Assembly (NCBI GenBank): GCA_012799135.1
Contig: JAAZLW010000235.1
Location: forward strand, 1-63,426
Reading direction: 5' to 3'
DNA from: Bacillota bacterium
Lineage (GTDB): Bacteria; Bacillota; Limnochordia; DTU087
Length of the DNA: 63,426 nt
Below the pieces are notes generated by a model that searched no databases, had not been told where the DNA came from, and worked only from the letters and a program-made list of their open reading frames with translations. This document shows, piece after piece, positions 60,437 to 63,426 of this stretch. Each line of letters opens with the position of its first letter. Position 1 is the stretch's first letter. The position numbers were made by a program, and so were the translations under genes.

Positions 60437-60641
60437 CTATCGGGACCTCCTTTAGCCTTTCCCCAATGATCTGTCATCACTACGACATGTTGTGTTTTCA
60501 CCGCGGGCTTGCCGTTTCCTGCTGATGCAAGATAATATCTGTGAGTTTAAAGGTATCTCACGGGAGTAAGTCAAGCTATTACTAAAGTCTTGTTATGTGG
60601 GGTATGTATTATGTGTAAGTAATCTGCGAAGGAGGATGACA

Positions 60642-61862
60642 ATGGCAGTTGTACAGGTCAAAGATGGTGTTCATTGGGTAGGTGCAGTGGATTGGAATAA
60701 CCGTTATTTTCATGGTGTTACATACAGCACCCATCGGGGAACGACCTATAATGCTTATCTGGTGGCGGGGGAGAAGTATAGAGCCTTGGTCGATACCGTA
60801 TACACTCCCTTCAGCGAAGTCTTGGTATCTCACCTAACAGAGCTGGTTAGTATGAAGGATATCGATTATGTGGTAGTAAACCATGTGGAGATCGATCACT
60901 CGGGTGCTTTGCCCCGGATCATGGAGCTTTGTCCCCAGGCCAAGATATGTTGCAGCCGAAAAGCATTGGAGCCCTTACGGAAGCACTTCGGTGATCAAGG
61001 CTGGGAGATGCATCCCGTTAAAACCGGTGATGTCCTAGATCTAGGGGGCAAGACGATTCGCTTTATTGAAGCACCTATGCTTCATTGGCCGGACAGCATG
61101 TTCTCGTATATTCCTGAAGATAAGCTCCTACTGCCCAATGATGCTTTCGGTCAGCATTTGGCCTCTTCCCATCGGTTTGATGATCAGGTGGATAACGCCA
61201 TTCTCATGGATGAGGCTGCCAAGTACTATGCCAACATACTCCTGCCCTTTAGCGCATTGGTTGAAAGAAAACTAAGAGAGATCGACGAGCTAGGGATCGA
61301 GATTGATACCATTGCTCCTAGTCATGGCGTGATCTGGCGTCAGGATCCAGGCCAGATCATTAATGCCTATCAAAGATGGGCGACTGGGTTGGAGACTCCG
61401 GGGCGCGTATCTCCCGAAATCGTAGTCGTTTTTGATACCATGTGGGGCAGTACGGAGAAAATGGCTGAGGCCATTGCTGAACAGCTATCGGCCCAGGGCT
61501 ATAGGATCAGTCTGTACAACATCGGTAAGAGTGATTACAGTGACATAATCAGGGAGATACTGGAAGCCAAGGCTGTCATCATTGGTTCATCTACTATCAA
61601 TAATGGCATGTTGCCCTCTCTCAGCCCGCTGATGGAGGAGCTGGTGGGGCTTAAGCCCAAAGGGAGAATTGGTGCGGCCTTTGGCTCCCATGGTTGGAGG
61701 GGCGGAGCCGTGAAACAGATCTCCACAACGCTCACCGATGCAGGTATCAATCTGGTAGGGGACGGGCTAGCTATTCAGTGGGTGCCAGACAGAGAAGACC
61801 TGGAGGCTTGCCGCAATCTCGCCCGCAAGGTGGGTTCGGTTTTGGCCAGCCGGGCGAAGTAG
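60642..61862 (+). CDS. fprA: FprA family A-type flavoprotein (flavodiiron O2/NO reductase)
   Basis: Metallo-beta-lactamase-like diiron domain (NHVEIDHSG, PNDAFGQH) plus a C-terminal flavodoxin domain (VVVFDTMWGSTEKMA). ATG 60642 lies 6 nt after GGAGG. Confidence 0.9.
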   Translation: MAVVQVKDGVHWVGAVDWNNRYFHGVTYSTHRGTTYNAYLVAGEKYRALVDTVYTPFSEVLVSHLTELVSMKDIDYVVVNHVEIDHSGALPRIMELCPQAKICCSRKALEPLRKHFGDQGWEMHPVKTGDVLDLGGKTIRFIEAPMLHWPDSMFSYIPEDKLLLPNDAFGQHLASSHRFDDQVDNAILMDEAAKYYANILLPFSALVERKLREIDELGIEIDTIAPSHGVIWRQDPGQIINAYQRWATGLETPGRVSPEIVVVFDTMWGSTEKMAEAIAEQLSAQGYRISLYNIGKSDYSDIIREILEAKAVIIGSSTINNGMLPSLSPLMEELVGLKPKGRIGAAFGSHGWRGGAVKQISTTLTDAGINLVGDGLAIQWVPDREDLEACRNLARKVGSVLASRAK

Positions 61863-62012
61863 AGATGCTACCCAGCAAGAGAGCTAAGTTAGCTTCTCTG
61901 GAAGCGGTCAAAGGTGGCCAAAGCCAGCCAAGCCAACAAGGTAGATCCCCTAGGGACCCTGTAGTATAATAGAAGCAGCGAGGTTTCTTGAAGAAGTTAG
62001 GTGGGAACATCA

Positions 62013-62471
62013 GTGAAGTGCCCCTTTTGTGGTTTTATGGAAAGTAAAGTTGTGGATTCCCGGGCCACAGAGGAAGGTAGCTCCATACGTCGGCGACGGG
62101 AGTGTATGGGATGTAGTCGACGTTTCACGACCTACGAGCGGCTAGACGAGATCCCCCTGATGGTAGTGAAGAAAGATGGGCGGAGGGAAGTGTTCTCCCG
62201 GGATAAGATCATCACTGGAGTGTTGAAGGCTTCACAGAAGCGGCCGATCAGCTACGAAGTGATTGAGAATTTGGCTCGGGACATAGAACGTGACCTCCGC
62301 AACAGAATGGATCGAGAGATTTCCTCCCAGATTATCGGAGAGATGGTGATGGAGCGACTTCGGCAGATCGATGAAGTGACCTATGTGCGTTTTGCCTCGG
62401 TCTATCGGCAGTTCAAGGATATTGGGAGGTTCATGGAAGAACTGGAAAAACTCAGAAAAGAAAGCGAATAG
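62013..62471 (+). CDS. nrdR: transcriptional repressor NrdR
   Basis: The GTG at 62013 gives VKCPFCGF...[16 protein letters not shown] (zinc ribbon) followed by an ATP-cone. Confidence 0.95.
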   Translation: MKCPFCGFMESKVVDSRATEEGSSIRRRRECMGCSRRFTTYERLDEIPLMVVKKDGRREVFSRDKIITGVLKASQKRPISYEVIENLARDIERDLRNRMDREISSQIIGEMVMERLRQIDEVTYVRFASVYRQFKDIGRFMEELEKLRKESE

Positions 62472-62485
62472 ATGGGGGTCAATTA

Positions 62486-63325
62486 GTGAGCGAGTATAAG
62501 TCTGAGGCTGCCGAAGTCTTGGACTTTCAGCTAAGCAATGGTGTTGGCTACTGGGAGCCAAGGGGAATACCAACGCCAGCCCGGCTCGTATGTGCTTTTT
62601 CTAGCCGAAAAGGAGGGGTCAGTGAGGGCCCTTTTACCTCTTTGAATCTGGGGTTACATGTCGGTGATCAACCGGATCACGTGTTGGCAAACCGCCAAAG
62701 GTTCTCTAAGGCCCTGGGTATTGATGCGAGGCACTGGGTAGCGGCCGAGCAGGTCCATGGCTGTAAATTGGCTGTGGTGGGCGTTGAAGATCGGGGACGA
62801 GGTGCACTTGCCCAAGGGTCAGCCATACCAGGAGTTGATGGACTGGTAACTAGTGAGGCTGGGGTGTGGCTGGCCTGTTACTATGCTGATTGTGTACCTC
62901 TGGCCTTTTGGGATATCAAACAGCGGGGTGTCGGGATTGCCCATGCCGGATGGCGGGGGACTCTGGCTAATATAGGCTCTGAAGTGCTGGAAGCAATGAT
63001 TAGGTATTTGGGCTCTGAACCGGGAGACGTGCATGTCCTGATCGGACCGGCCATTGGTCCCTGTTGCTACCATGTAGGTGAGGATGTGGCTAGAGCCTTT
63101 GGCGAACGGTTTGGTCAGGAGCCTCTGAGCCAGCGTGAGGGCCGGATCTACCTAGATCTCAGGGCAGCAAATCAGCAGTTGCTCAAGGAGAGCGGTGTTT
63201 CACCGGCTCAAATACATCAAAGCAGGCTCTGCACAGCTTGTCAATCTGGGGTTTTCTTCTCACATAGGCGAGATGAAAGTCCCACGGGCAGAATGGCCGC
63301 CATTATTGGACTGCGGGAGCGATAG
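62486..63325 (+). CDS. pgeF: peptidoglycan editing factor PgeF / YfiH (DUF152, YlmD-like)
   Basis: GTG start. FSSRKGGVS..PFTSLNLG, VHG, YADCVPL, IAHAGWRGT, CCYHVG, FSHRRD. Confidence 0.9.
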   Translation: MSEYKSEAAEVLDFQLSNGVGYWEPRGIPTPARLVCAFSSRKGGVSEGPFTSLNLGLHVGDQPDHVLANRQRFSKALGIDARHWVAAEQVHGCKLAVVGVEDRGRGALAQGSAIPGVDGLVTSEAGVWLACYYADCVPLAFWDIKQRGVGIAHAGWRGTLANIGSEVLEAMIRYLGSEPGDVHVLIGPAIGPCCYHVGEDVARAFGERFGQEPLSQREGRIYLDLRAANQQLLKESGVSPAQIHQSRLCTACQSGVFFSHRRDESPTGRMAAIIGLRER

Positions 63326-63426
63326 TTGCTCCCGCAGTTGGCTTTGGGGGAACAAGGAGTTTCACCTGTGGATGGGGAATTTGAGAAGGACAGGAGTGAG
63401 TTTCTTGGCGAAAATGGTGGAGCAAA

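Noticed and set aside
60301-60501. 66-aa minus-strand track ORF
   Set aside because: It is the wrong reading frame over the rubredoxin gene. The alternative frame gives a canonical rubredoxin with an SD.
63367-63426. Possible start of another + strand gene at the window edge (GTG 63367, VDGEFEKDRSEFLGENGGA...)
   Set aside because: Only 20 codons are visible and the N-terminus is not recognisable, so it cannot be called.

Overview
The window looks like a core chromosomal segment of an endospore-forming Firmicute (Clostridia-like, moderately GC-rich). Nearly all genes are on the + strand. All family calls come from reading motifs in the translated ORFs by eye; no database search was run.

Gene order: a T-box leader and pheS-pheT, zapA, cvpA, polX, a cell-wall amidase, mutS2, a class A PBP, a T-box leader and tyrS, yunB, then a four-gene minus-strand island at 15.2-17.1 kb. 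After that come pgsA, prsW, yebC, a bofC-like gene, ruvCAB, recO, ppdK, a dGTPase-like gene, dnaG, sigA and two tRNAs. An accessory stretch follows (SIMPL protein, GH2 beta-galactosidase, P-II plus DUF1538, DUF4384/PEGA protein), then nif3 and a complete dcw cluster (mraZ rsmH ftsL pbp murE murF mraY ftsW murG murC murA ftsQ ftsA ftsZ). The window ends with the sporulation genes sigE and spoIIGA (inverted), sigG, spoIIR and ymxH, then rubredoxin and fprA, nrdR and pgeF.

Most interesting observations:
1. An unannotated thioredoxin/glutaredoxin-fold ORF (15224-15544, minus) has an in-frame TGA in a C-x-x-U redox motif followed by a SECIS-like hairpin. It is a candidate selenoprotein.
2. That ORF is the last gene of a minus-strand island that also encodes two paralogous Cys-rich proteins. 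One of them is a 49-aa ORF too short for the ORF track.
3. ftsL carries an in-frame TAG, and the conserved C-terminal part stays open in the same frame downstream.
4. spoIIGA-sigE is inverted relative to ftsZ and sigG.
5. The dcw cluster lacks murD.
6. A 21-bp-stem structured leader occludes the ribosome-binding site (RBS) of the amidase gene.
7. An unannotated rubredoxin gene lies divergent to fprA.

No CRISPR array, transposase, integrase or recognisable defence genes were seen.
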